From Euprymna scolopes (taxonomy: Eukaryota), in assembly GCA_053919585.1 (NCBI GenBank), contig CM132795.1: DNA of 64,000 nucleotides. One strand, given 5' to 3'. Positions 1 to 12,803 of the stretch are shown here, one piece after another (positions within the stretch are counted from its first letter, which is position 1; the number at the start of each line of letters is the position of its first letter). A program made the translations under genes and the position numbers. The notes beneath the pieces were generated by a model, which saw only the letters and a program-made list of their open reading frames with translations, was not told where the DNA came from and did not search any database.

Positions 1-1046
1 GAGTAAGAAGGAGAGAGAGAGAAAGAGAGATGCAGAAAGAGAGAAAGAAAAGCAGAAAGAGAGGAGGAGGAAGAGAAAAAGGTAGGGAGAGGGTGACAGA
101 GAGACAGAGGGGAGAGAAAGAAAGAGAGAGAAAGGTAAGGAGAGAGAGAAAGAGAGAGAAGGAAGAGAGAAAGACTCGGTAGCTTATACGCATACATGCA
201 CACTTGTCTTGCTGACAATCGCTCGACGTATACGTTCCCCTAGTTCATCGGAAGGACTTCTGTCTCTGCATAAATAAATAAACAATTCGCTGAATCGCCC
301 GCCGGTGAATAATGTTGGACGTTGAATCCTGCTGTATAATTCGTCCGGTTTGAAGGAAATCTCTAGACAGGAAACGAATTTTACAGGAAGATATTTGCAA
401 AATATCATTGTGCCCGCCCGCCGATTCCCAGCAAACAAACACGGACAGCGGCGATCCGATATCGCGAGCGGGCGGACATTCTTTCTTACAGATGGACGCC
501 TGTTGATCAAACATGGCCTAATGCGCATGCGCTTTCGTCCGCGCTGCCCTACACGTTGACTTTTGTTTATTCCAACCGCAGCGGTCGCGTCTCTGTGGAC
601 AGAAAGCAATCTTTGCTTTCTCTTTGATTTTCTACCGTTTATAATCGAAGAGTGTCTTGTGTGAAAATAAAGTTTGTAAACGGCGCGGCCAATAATCAGG
701 AATTGTCGACCCGCTTACAGGAACTTTGCACAGCGACTGGCAAAAACGGGAAAACGATTCACAGTTGCAGAATAAGCGTAAGGAAGACTAAAAGAAACAA
801 CAATGAGACTAATACAAACGGGCAAAGATTTCCTCTTTACGTCGGAGAGATACAACAGAGGTTTATGCGGTGGATAAACACGGTTTGTAAATTAGTCTCA
901 ATCGATTTAACTTTCTATATAAATTAGAGTATAGCATGGAGCAAATTGTTGGCTGGTGTCCTCCCTCTTCTCTTACTAAAATCAGTAGATATCAAGTGAT
1001 GTAAAATTTATAGGGAAGCAAGTTGCATAATTACCATCAGACGATC

Positions 1047-1420
1047 CTTTTTTTTACATAGTCATCACCACTTATAAAGGCCCTGAGGCCACTCGATGAT
1101 AAGGGTTAAAGAGTGTACAGTAGAAATTGGACAATATAGTAATCGTTAATAATGGAAATTCGGTAAATTTGTTAACTTATATGGAACGGTTCATCAAAAA
1201 CTTGTTTATGTTAGACTTGAAGACAACCATATTGTAGTCGGCTGGAAAGCAGTAAAACGGAAGATAATTCCACATGCGTGCAGTTCTAAGAAAGAAGATT
1301 TGTTCATGGAATCTACGTTTAGGTTTAGGTACAGATAAAGAGTGAGGGAAATTAGTGATAGTGTTTTCTGCTAGACGGGTGTTTCTTGTGAAAGTCTGGC
1401 GAGGGGCGGACCATCGATTG
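1047..1420 (-). mobile_element. 3' fragment of CR1-group LINE (same subfamily as 42904-45819)
   Basis: ORF 1177-1506 encodes PRQTFTRNTRLAENTITNFPHSLSVPKPKRRFHEQ...FKSNINKFLMNRSI, nearly identical to the C-terminus of the 971-aa ORF; matching 3' UTR, and poly(A) seen as a T-run at ~1047. Confidence 0.9.
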
Positions 1421-3030
1421 TAGCTCAGCCGAGCACTCACCATGAAAATAACGATAAAGCAGAGACAAACTCGCAACACCTCTTTTATCTTGGTTTGATA
1501 TTTCATGAATTCAGTTGTAAAGAGAAAGAATTGTGTTATTTTGTACTAATATTAATTTATATATTAGCCTTGATATCCTTGTAAGCATACTAGTATATAA
1601 ATTGGTTAATTGAGAAAAAAAAACAGGAAGTGACAGTTCAGTTGACGCCTATTTCCTAGAACTCTAGATTATAATTATTAGACTTTTGTAATTGATAGAC
1701 ACGGATATGACATAACATGGCTCAAAGAGGCAGTTAGAGAGAAAAGTCTTTAGTTTCTTAGATATAATGTTCTATGGTTCAAGAAGAGAAAGAGGTGTGG
1801 ATTTGAAGGTTCGTTGAAAACACTACACGCGTGAACATATTAATTTAAAATGCGCTAATAATATATTATTAGACAGTGATTGTCGATCTCTCTACCCCAC
1901 CCGCAGCCAATGGTCAGTGATTTGGATCGAAGATCAAGTTGAATAAACCTTATTTGTGCTCCAACAGTTTTGTTTTGTGTCTATCCTTTTTTGTAAATAT
2001 ATATGCGGAACTTTGATTTAAGGCAGCAAATCTACTGTCAAACGGAATCACTGCAGAAGTATATGCAAAATGAGTGGCACTCGAGGTATGAATACAATCT
2101 GTGAACTACTTTAGTGTTTGATGGAACGATTGCGACAGCTTGGTTTTCGTCATGTATGGCACAACGTTAAACTACATCCTCAGTCCACCCTACTATTTTG
2201 CACATACATTTTAGGATATTAAATTAACTGATTTTGAAGCCACTCCCACTTTCAAACTTGCATGATTTGGTTTTACCCAAACCGACGCATCCAAATACTG
2301 ATTAAGCTTAAAATTGCTTACCATCAATGTTCTAGCCATAATTGCTTTATCAGCGCCATATGGCAGCAATAAACAGATGAATATCGTGTACCGAATTCGA
2401 TAAAATATTCATAAAATCCGTAGAGAAAAGTTAATAACCATACAGATACTAATAAAACTAAGTAAAACTTATATATGACGCAATTGTTTCCGTCTATATT
2501 TATCGGAAAACGTCATCAGAATTGTGTTCTTTTATTTATTTTTTGTTTTTTTACAAAATTTAAAAAGCATAAGCAAGAAATGAGAAGATAGAGCAAGGGT
2601 GAGACAGGGGAAGCAACCGAGACTGAGAAAGATCAGATAAATATTTATTGCTGCAGCTAATGTGTATGCGAAAACGATCGCCGAATAAATAAGGAGTATC
2701 TAAAAGCGATTTCTGCGCATGTCTCTAGAATGCAATCAGTGGAATACACGCATCTAAATAGAGATAGTAAATCGCAGATGTCGATCGTGTCAACATACAA
2801 TTGGATTTAGGAATATGCATGGACTTATTGAATAAATTAAGTGTCGTTTACTCTATAGAATCTAAAAGATAACAAGAAAAAAAAACTGGCGGATTAATAG
2901 AAATCGAAAGGAATACATGGTGAATGTATGTGAAGAGAGAGAGAGAAAGATGAGAGAGATATGTATGTATGTATACATACACACATACACACACACACAC
3001 ACACATATATATATATTATATATATATATA

Positions 3031-4790
3031 TTTAGTCTCGCAAGTAACTGCGAGACAAAACAAAATGTTACTTCGAGACTACTATTGAGTAATCCAACGT
3101 AGGGTACCGGTGGAAAAAATAATAAATTAATTTACTTGAGACATACTTATTGAACATTTTCTGAAATAGTACAATAATTACCTTGACATTCTTCTGTTTA
3201 GTTTAAGATATCATTTTCAGATATTTTGATACTAATACCGTTATTAAAAAAATAAAAATTGCCGGATTTTAGTTTCATAAGAGTTTTCCACTATAATATA
3301 AACAAACCACTATTCGTACTACCATAATAACAGCGACAGAGAGAGAGAGAGGGAGAGAGACAGAGAGACAGACAGACAGACAGAGAGGGGGGGGGGGCTA
3401 CTGTTCAGTATTTGTGTAAAATATTACATAACTGATTTTTCCCCTATTTTTGATTATCCGTTACATTAATACCATTGCTAAATTAATTTAGTTTAAATCC
3501 CGCATTTCCATCCATGCTCACCACCGCCCACCGAAAATTACCGACTATTACCGAATGAGCAGACGTTAAATTGTAACAAACACACATCCGTAAAGTTGTT
3601 TATTTATGTCTGCGTTGCACTTTGCAGTTCCTTACATGAAACATTTTCTTGCATTATTTAAAACAGGTAAGCGTACTATTTTTTTTTTTTGTTTGTTTAC
3701 AAATGCTGTGTCAATAAAATTCTTACTTTCTTTTATATTTATGCGTTATTGGTAAAACTTTGTTTATACAAATTCCTGGGACTTATGTAGGACCCCACCC
3801 TGGAGTAAATGTGGTATTGCGCCTGCGGTGATTTTGCGGCCTGTCAAGAATATTATGAATATATTATTATAATTTTTAATTTTTTAACTGGCTGTAACAT
3901 TTTCTTGCATTATTTACAACTTTTTTGTTGTTTGTTTACAAATGCTGTGTCAATAAAATTCTTACTTTCTTTTATAGTTATGCGTAATTGGTTAAACTTT
4001 GTTTATACAAATTCCTGGGACTAACGTAGGACCCTCCCCCCTCCCCGGAGTAAATGTGGTATTGCGGTGATTTTGTGGCCTGTCAAGAATATATTATGAA
4101 TATATTATCATTTTTAATTTTGTAACTGGCTGTAACATTTTCTTGCATTATTTACAACTTTTTGTAAATAATGCAAGAATATGTTACAGCCAGTTTTTGT
4201 CTTTCGATATTTCTTATCGTTTCTTCGCAAGTTTGCCGGCGACGACGTAATGTCCTAACCTCATTATTAAGAAAATAATAGTGTGTTACAATTAGTGCAT
4301 CTGTTCTTCAGATGCTGCATTGCTGCACTTCCATTTCATGTTCTCTTTCGGTGGAGGAGAAATCTGTCACGACTGAGACAATTTTTATTTTTGTACCTTT
4401 TCTCCGCGTTAAAAAACGACCCTGGTGTCTAACTCTGTCCCGTGGGGAGGCATAGTAAATAGGTACAATAAGTGCATGATCACCAACATTTTTACTATAA
4501 GGGTGTAACAAATACTCGTGTAACAACGGTAACATAAATGCAGAAGCACATTTTTACCTAAGTACAAAATTAACAAGAAGTAATATTACGACAATAATCA
4601 TTATATAGATTTACATAGTAAAAAAAAATGTTTTCTAAACTTCCCATTTCGCCCCCAAGGGCACAGAAGTTGTCAAAAATGCCCCAACAGTTTAAATCTC
4701 ATATTTTTATTCTTGCTCAACAACGCCCACCAAAAAGTCACCGATTAATAACGCATTAGCAGACGATAAATGTTACTTGCGAGACTAAAA
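3031..4790 (+). mobile_element. Non-autonomous Helentron (HINE/DINE-1-like) unit
   Basis: Begins TTTAGTCTCGCAAGTAAC and ends GTTACTTGCGAGACTAAAAA (inverted subterminal repeats); local inverted copy at 3067-3082, (GA/GACA)n tract and internal tandem repeats; follows a (TA)n tract. Confidence 0.65.
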
Positions 4791-5136
4791 AATTACTTCG
4801 AGACTACTATTGAGTAATCCAACGTAGGGTACCGGTGGAAAAAATAATAAATTAATTTACTTGAGACATACTTATTGAACATTTTCTGAAATAGTACAAT
4901 AATTACCTTGACATTCTTCTGTTTAGTTTAAGATATCATTTTCAGATATTTTGATACTAATACCGTTATTAAAAAAATAAAAATTGCCGGATTTTAGTTT
5001 CATAAGAGTTTTCCACTATAATATAAACAAACCACTATTCGTACTACCATAATAACAGCGACAGAGAGAGAGAGGGAGAGAGACAGAGAGACAGACAGAC
5101 AGACAGAGAGGGGGGGGGCTACTGTTCAGTATTTGT
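3067..5136 (+). repeat. ~345-bp direct repeat (3067-3415 and 4792-5136)
   Basis: Near-identical TTACTTCGAGACTACTATTGAG...CTACTGTTCAGTATTTGT in both places; the second copy joins directly to the RepHel coding remnant. Confidence 0.9.
3640..4194. repeat. ~250-bp tandem duplication ending in a ~70-bp fold-back palindrome (4123-4194)
   Basis: ACATTTTCTTGCATTATTTA recurs at ~3641, 3897 and 4135; AACTGGCTGTAACAT...ATGTTACAGCCAGTT is inverted. Confidence 0.8.
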
Positions 5137-7714
5137 ATAATTTGAATAGAAGCTCACAAGAGCAGTACATTAATACATTAATGCTTACAACCCAGCTATT
5201 TTGATGATGTGGGAGTCTAATATTGACTTGCAGTACATTTCTGACAATTCAATGATTCTGAACCATTACATCACCAGCTATCAGACTAAATATGAAACAT
5301 CTGAGACTGAAGGTGTGTGGTCATTGGACCAATCAAAATCATTTTATGGTAAATGCAAAAGCGCTGGTCTTTATACATTGTCCAAAAGAGATTCAGGAGC
5401 TTATGAAGTTGCTGATAAGCTGTTGGGACATCACTTGTTTGGAGCTTCTGCAACTGTAATGTGGGTCGGTGCTGATATACCTGAATATAGAACCCGCAGA
5501 TTTTTGCCACAAGAAGAATTGGATCAAATGCAGCCTGATTCTACAGATTTGTATTATGGCAATATGGTTGAAACATGGTACCCGAATAGACCTGATTCTA
5601 TGGAAAATAAAAGTTTGTACTATGTTGCGAGAAACTATGAAAGAACAATGAATGCTTCCACAAATGATGATGAGAAAGTTTCATTGAAGCTGCGAAATAA
5701 TCATGGCTTTTTAAAAAAAGTGAAAGAAAAAGCTATAAAGACGCCAAATGTGAGATTGACTTCTGAAACAAAAGAACGATATTATCACAATTTGTTGATG
5801 CTGTTCAAACCTTGGCGCCAAGAAGAAATTGATTTACTTGATGGCTGTAAATCATATGAGCAATCATTTTATCAAAATGCTCCATATTTGTCTGAAATGA
5901 CAAATTATGAAAGTATTAAGAAAAAAATTAAAGATGCTATTGAAATAAGCAAAAAAATAGAGCAAAAATCTAAAAATTATGAAAATGAAAATAACGCTGA
6001 TGATGATCAAATTGATTGCGATCCTAATATGGCTAAAGAGGCAGATAAAAATGAAGCTGATTTAAATATGCCTCAAATCAGACATGTCACTGAAGCTCAA
6101 GTTTTAGAAAATGAGCAAAAATTGAATTTCATTCAAAAAGAAATTTATAATGAAATTATTTCCAAACTTGAGCAACAAAATCTTCATTGGAATGAGGAAA
6201 ACCCTATTCACAGGTGCAATTGTGACGATTGTCCACAAATTCTCAAATTTATTAGTGGTTTTGGGGGTGTGGGCAAATCTTTTCTGATCAATGCACTGGC
6301 AGATAAAATTACTCTCACATATCCTGCCATCAATGGACCCAGTGTAGTTATTTGTGCTCCTACTGGTGTCAGTGCTTACATTTTGAAAGGATCTACATGC
6401 CATAGAGTCTTTCAACTAAATGTGCAGCATGGTTCTACACCTAAATATGAACCATTATCAAAGGATAAAATAAAAAGTTTGAGAACCATGCTTGGATATG
6501 TGAGATTATTCATTATTGATGAAATAAGCATGGTTAGTCACTTGCAATTAGCATTTATTCACCAACGTTTGCAAGATGTTTTTGGTGATATTAGGAAACA
6601 AGTGTATCCATTTGCAAACATGTCAATTGTTGCATTTGGTGATTTATTCCAGCTTCCACCTGTTAATGAAAAACCTGTATTTTCCAAAATATCTATTCAA
6701 GATGCTAGAACATCAAATTTGGGAATTGCTGGTATAAATTTGTGGTCATATTTCGATTATGATGAATTGACCATAAATATGCGACAAAAAGATGACAATG
6801 AAAACTTTGTTAATATTCTTAACAGAATTAGACTTGGGTCACCAACTGATTAGGATATTGAGATCTTGAAAAGGCATCGAATCAATCCTAAACAAAAAGC
6901 AAATATTGATCAAGTTACTGATCTTTTGCAAAATTTGCAAAAGAAAATGCATATTATTTGCATTGTACCCACAAATGAATCTGCTGAGGAAGTGAATTAT
7001 AAAATGTTGAAAAAAAATAATATTCATATCATTGAAATTTCAGCAACTGATTCCAACTTAAGACAAAAAACCGTAACAAAAAAAAAATCAAAACAGACAC
7101 CAAAAACTTCTAAACTTAAAAAGATTTCTGACACAGCTGGACTTGAAACTGTGCTTAAAATTGGAATTGGTGCTAGATGCATGTTGCGTCGGAATATTGA
7201 TATCGAAAAAGGACTTTGCAATGGTACAATGGGTACAGTCACTGAAATACAAATGAAAGATGGCAAAGTTGTTGCTGTGACTGTAAAATTTGATCATATG
7301 GATCATGCAGTCAATGTTGAATTTGTGCAAGCTGACTATGAACTTTCTCGTGGCCTCTTTGTGACTAGATCTCAAATACCTTTGTCACTCAGCTATGCTT
7401 TAACTGTCCACAAAACCCAAGGTATTTCAGTCGATGGTATCATTGTTGACTTGGGATCTGATGTCTTTTCAGATGGAATGGCCTATGTAGCTTTGTCACG
7501 TGCTAGAAAGCTGTGCAATGTCTATTTGATCGACCTTGACCCTCATAAATTGACCATGTGTAACAAAAGTGCATGGACTGAATATAATAGATTGAGGGCC
7601 AAAAGAGACAGGGTTGATTTGCCACCGCTTCCTCCTTGTTCTGTTAAGCCTCAAAGTTTGTCATTGTACAAACAGACTTATAAACGAAAAAAAAACAATC
7701 GTTATAGATCATGA
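5137..7714 (+). pseudogene. Helitron/Helentron Rep-helicase (C-terminal Rep region + PIF1-family SF1B helicase), 5'-truncated and disrupted
   Basis: INAYNPAILMMWESNIDLQYI motif typical of Helentron Rep C-terminal region; Walker A GFGGVGKS, APTGVSA, IIDEISMV, FGDLFQLPPV, LTINMRQ, GLCNG, ALTVHKTQG, YVALSR. ORFs 5201-6853 and 6866-7714 share a frame and are separated by one TAG; an 8-bp duplication (TACATTAA) at ~5166-5181 shifts the frame; the HUH nuclease motifs are absent. Confidence 0.9.
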
Positions 7715-8642
7715 TTTGAAGCAAAAACATAATAGTCCAAATAGAAAATGGCTGAAAATAGACAATTCAATTTCTCAAAATAATTTGGACCTCAAATTGA
7801 TCAATGAAAGAAATGCTTGTTTTGCTAACAGTATTGTTCAGAAAATTTACCACCTTCCTTTGTTGTCTAACATCATTAAAAGCATTCCAAACATTGATTT
7901 GCCAATTCAGCAATTAAAAAGATTGCTTGTCCCTGGCACTCACAGTGTTGCTGATCTTAGAGAATCAATCGGAGGCGTTTTTAATAGTGGCCAACAAGAA
8001 TGTGCTATTGCATTTTGGGAATCTTTGATAAACAAGTGCCCTGACAGTGCCAAACAATTATTCACTTTTGAAGAAAGTAAAGTGATGAAATGTCTTAGAA
8101 TACACAAACAAAACTGCCAAAGACTACAAGATAGTGAATGTAATTGCACCTTTAAAGTTGGCTGTGGGTTCCAAACCTTGCAGATTGCTGGAATACCACA
8201 GAGATTAGTTATTCAACTTCATCCTACTGATGGTCGACAGCAATTTAAAAGTTTGCTCAAAACTGATGCTTCAGTGCTCAAACATTGTATCAAATGTCAG
8301 CAAAATACTGAGCACTTGGAAAATGTCACTAGAACGTTTCCTACTGCAATGAAATATTTGTGTGTTCAAATAAATAGATTTATGTTTGAAAATTATAATC
8401 CTCGGCGAATTAATGCTGAAATTATGAATTTCAGTACAAAAAAACAAAATATTTTTGGAACAAATTTCAAAGTAAAAACAGCTATTCTGCACACTTTGAA
8501 TAGAGTCGATTTTAGGCATTATACTTGCATTGTTAGAAATAATAATAAGTGGAATATTGTCAGTGACACTAACTTTTCTAGTAATGTCAATTTTCCTTCC
8601 AAAATGTCCAATATTGTTGGCATTTTTTTTGAAAAAATATAA
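7614..8642 (+). CDS. USP / peptidase C19 (ubiquitin-specific protease-like) domain carried by the Helitron, probably the C-terminus of the RepHel polyprotein
   Basis: Cys box LINERNACFANSIVQ, QQECAIAF (QQD box-like), CxxC, LCVQINRF, His box ILHTLNRVDFRHYTCIVR...KWNIVSD; overlaps the helicase ORF at an A9 run (7687-7695). Confidence 0.75.
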   Translation: MICHRFLLVLLSLKVCHCTNRLINEKKTIVIDHDLKQKHNSPNRKWLKIDNSISQNNLDLKLINERNACFANSIVQKIYHLPLLSNIIKSIPNIDLPIQQLKRLLVPGTHSVADLRESIGGVFNSGQQECAIAFWESLINKCPDSAKQLFTFEESKVMKCLRIHKQNCQRLQDSECNCTFKVGCGFQTLQIAGIPQRLVIQLHPTDGRQQFKSLLKTDASVLKHCIKCQQNTEHLENVTRTFPTAMKYLCVQINRFMFENYNPRRINAEIMNFSTKKQNIFGTNFKVKTAILHTLNRVDFRHYTCIVRNNNKWNIVSDTNFSSNVNFPSKMSNIVGIFFEKI

Positions 8643-8984
8643 AGGAAGCAAACATTTGATAAAAACAAGGTCATACATTCAATAGAAATAAATAGTGGTG
8701 GTTTTCGCTTTTAAAATTCAACCATCACCTAGGCATGGCATGGGGCTGTAACTGTAACTCTGCAGGCGAACAATAGCACTGTTATGAATCATAACTAAAC
8801 TGGAGACAAGATTTCTGCTTCAAGAGATAAATGTACTATAAAATTTTAACAGGAAAATTATTTTACTGAAAACTATTGATCAATATTACACTCTAAAAAG
8901 GAAGATACTAGAGTTAAAAAAACAACAATTTTATTTACACTCAAGCAATTCAAAATTTATCTCAAAACTGACTCTTCAATTCGC

Positions 8985-9472
8985 AAATATTGTCAACAAA
9001 ATACTGAGCATTTTGAAAAAGCCACTAGAATGTTTTCTACTGCAATGGAATATGTGTGTGTTCAAACAAATAGATTTTTATTTTAAAATTACGATCCTCA
9101 ATGAATTAATTCCGAAATTATATATTTCAATAAATTTTTTTTTGCAGAAATTTCATTGTAAAACCAGATATTCTTCACTTTTATGAAAGTCGATTTGGGC
9201 ATTTTACTTGCATTATTTAGAATAATAACAAGTGAAATATTATCAGTGACACCAATATTTCATATATTTCATATAATTTTAATTTTCATTCCAAAATGTC
9301 GTCCATCAATATTGGCATTTCTTTGGAAAAATATAAAAGAAACAAATAATTGAGAAAAATCAGACCATATATCCAATCGAAATAGCAAAAACTTGAGTGC
9401 TAACCTCCCAATCAGCGTGGTATGGGGCTATAACTGTATCCCTGCAGGCGAACGATAGCACTTTTATGAATC
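8985..9472 (+). pseudogene. Degenerate duplicate of the USP-domain 3' end and 3' flank (copy of ~8293-8790)
   Basis: TGTCAACAAAATACTGAGCA...CTGCAGGCGAACGATAGCAC...ATGAATCA aligns by eye with 8293-8790, with stops and indels. Confidence 0.8.
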
Positions 9473-9630
9473 ACTTAAATTCAGAATTTTAAAAAAATTT
9501 CTGTAAATTTTTTTTATGTAATACTTTTCCTGTGATCATTAGCATGTTCTATTAATTAATAAATATAATTCTATTATTTTTATTGTTGCTTATGTTGTTG
9601 ATGAATAGAATTTTAAAAAGTTAGGTATTT

Positions 9631-10739
9631 TCTTGAAAAAGGATTTCGGCCTCAACAGAAAGATGTTCAACAAAATGTTTAACCATAAAATTTACCAAAA
9701 ACTATTAATATTAAACTATAAAAAGAAAGATACTAGAATTTAAGCAAAAAATATTTTATTTCAACTCAATCAGATGTGCCTTATACACTAATAAAAATGC
9801 AATTGGCATTTTGTTGAACTTTTTAAGATTTTAAATATTTATAAATTTTCTCATTATAAAAAACGATTATTATATTGATTATAATTTTTTGACAGAAGAA
9901 ATAAAATGAATTGCATAAAAAACATTAGAAGACAAATTTTTAAATCATAAGAAAAATCTAAAGTCACTAAATTATCAATAAAGTTTGTCATAATAATACA
10001 TTTATTAGATTAATTTTAATTTGGAAAGATAGAAGTACAGTTAAAACATCCAGAATCAGCGAATTCATTACATTTTATCATAATAAAAACGATTGTTTTA
10101 TTTCAATGCTATTGATAAGAAAACATTTGTTTTACTTGATTAAAATTAATTAAACATAGATTATATCTGTAGTATATAAATATTTTTTTATAATGAAACA
10201 ATTTATTAATTTTTGCTGATTTACGATTTTTTCATTGCCGGTTTTTATTTTGCAAATTAAAAATAATCCAATAATCTTTTTTGATAATGAAAAAATGTGC
10301 TGACAATTAAGTGATTTTAAATATTTGAATATTTTTTTAAATGAACAATAAATTAAAATCAATTTACTAAATAATCATTTTTTTCAAGATTTATTTACAC
10401 AATTTACTAATATTTATTGATATAATTGGATAATTTTGCATTGTTCTTCTAATGTTTTATATTCATTTTATTTCTTCTGTCAAAAAATTATAATCAATAT
10501 AATAATCGTTTTTTATAATGAGAAAATTTATAAATATTTAAAATCTTAAAAAGTTCAACAAAATGCCAATTGCATTTTTATTAGTGCATAAGGCACATCT
10601 GATTGAGTTGAAATAAAATATTTTTTGCTTAAATTCTAGTATCTTTCTTTTTATAGTTTAATATTAATAGTTTTTGGTAAATTTTATGGTTAAACATTTT
10701 GTTGAACATCTTTCTGTTGAGGCCGAAATCCTTTTTCAA

Positions 10740-10742
<3 letters not shown>
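9631..10742. repeat. Long inverted repeat, ~305-bp near-perfect arms (9631-9935 / 10441-10742)
   Basis: TCTTGAAAAAGGATTTCGGCCTCAACAG... is the reverse complement of ...CTGTTGAGGCCGAAATCCTTTTTCAAGA; the right arm abuts (TA)n. Confidence 0.9.
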
Positions 10743-10796
<54 letters not shown>

Positions 10797-10800
<4 letters not shown>

Positions 10801-12481
10801 TGGTGTCCCAACAGAAGTTGAAATTTGAATTCAACCGAAAGTACCACTCTACGATAAATATCGGCTCCTTACCTGTTTACGGTACAAAACTTTAAAATTA
10901 CCTTAAAAGTTTAAAAATAAAAAACATTCTGAGAGATTCTTTTCACCAACAAATTCATCAGAAGTAAATCGTTGGTACAAATCAAATACCAAAATAAATA
11001 AATACAACAATATTCCATAAAAGAGAAAAAGACTAAGATTGATATCCGTGTAAATTCTATCGAGGGCAAAAATGGGAATATAAATCGAGTAAATAATTAT
11101 GTGCAATCGAATAAAATATATTTACAAAGGGTGAAGGGTTTGGGGAAAAGTTAAAATGTATTACAGAATACGTCTAACGACTTCATAAATTCTTTCTGTT
11201 TACGGAGAGAAGGATTTCGTGAAATAAACGAAACTGACTCTAAAATTCTTAAATAATTTCGAGAGTAGGGCAGGTGTATCATTTTAAAGCACTTCATGTC
11301 TATTAGAAAACGCTGGGTTTTCAAGAAAGTGTTGACTGATGGTTGATTCCAAAGTGGAAACAGGCAAAAGCGATATGGCTAGTTTCTGATGGGATATACC
11401 GGCAAATTTCTGTTTACAAATGTAAGAAGGTTAGCCCTACATAGTCAGCAGCACACTAGCAATTAAACTTATAAATTAAATCACTTTGTGTTATGTAAGG
11501 TAAACTATACTTTGCGACCAAGGAAAATGCAGATTTAACATCAAAATAAAACAAAAGAACGCAAGGACAAGAAACAATTTGACACAGACCCGTCTACCTA
11601 AACACCTACCAGCATCTTCAATTAAATACTTTTTTAATAAATGGGACACTTGGAGGGAACAAAGGTTACAAAGGAATTATGTTTTTTAATTTTTTTTTTT
11701 ATTAATATAATTAATCAAATTTCCGGATAACCATTACGAATAAAATTTTCTTTAATATTTAATTCGTGTTCAAGTTTATTTGAGGAGCAAGTACTGATGG
11801 CTCTATACACTAGCGACATGATAAACTTAACCTTTCTGGAAGTAGGTGCAAATGTACGCCAATTTATGTATAAACTGGTAAAGGCCGGTTTACATTAATT
11901 GTCGTCAGAAAAGAACTCTAACTGTGTTCAATTAAAACGTTTAAGAAAGGCAAGCATCCGTCGTTCTCACTCTCCATAGTAAATAGTAACACTTTATGGA
12001 GAGAATTAAAGTTGTTGAAAAAGATTTTTGTTTCACTTTCATAGGCAAAAACTGCTAATGTGTCGCCGACGTATCTAAGATAAATGGAGGACTTCGATAC
12101 GTTATTAAACAATACCCACTCGTAAAACCCCACAGAAATATCAGCTAACGCATGACCTAAGAGACTTCCCATCTGAAACCCGTAGATCTGGCTGCGCATA
12201 ACATTACTGAAGCTAACTAACTGATTTAGTGCAAATCAATATAAGTTCAACAAATATTTTCCTGTGGAAATTACCATTATTAAGTGAATCGGCACGAATA
12301 GCAATGGTTTTTTGTGACACGACATTAGTAAATAAACTATCATAGAAACGTCGAATGAACACATAAAGTTATTCTCAACGTTGGGTTGCAAATTGTGTAG
12401 ATATTCTACAAAACCACTGAATCAGTGATGCAATATTTTGTGTATAGAGCATGAACTGGTTCTATAATGGCCAATGACTAC
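10797..12481 (-). mobile_element. Penelope-like element remnant (RT fragment)
   Basis: ORF 11918-12199 QIYGFQMGSLLG..LADISVGFYE..YLRYVGDT..LPFLNVLI resembles PLE RT (G..MGSPL, YVDD); runs into an assembly gap. Confidence 0.75.
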
Positions 12482-12803
12482 NNNNNNNNNNNNNNNNNNN
12501 NNNNNNNNNNNNNNNNNNNNNNNNNNNNNNNNNNNNNNNNNNNNNNNNNNNNNNNNNNNNNNNNNNNNNNNNNNNNNNNNNNNNNNNNNNNNNNNNNNNN
12601 NNNNNNNNNNNNNNNNNNNNNNNNNNNNNNNNNNNNNNNNNNNNNNNNNNNNNNNNNNNNNNNNNNNNNNNNNNNNNNNNNNNNNNNNNNNNNNNNNNNN
12701 NNNNNNNNNNNNNNNNNNNNNNNNNNNNNNNNNNNNNNNNNNNNNNNNNNNNNNNNNNNNNNNNNNNNNNNNNNNNNNNNNNNNNNNNNNNNNNNNNNNN
12801 NNN
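12482..12803. other. Assembly gap (N run)
   Basis: Run of N. Confidence 1.

Noticed and set aside
5201-7714. Host PIF1 gene
   Set aside because: Intronless, preceded by a Helentron Rep-region motif, flanked by Helentron termini and disrupted
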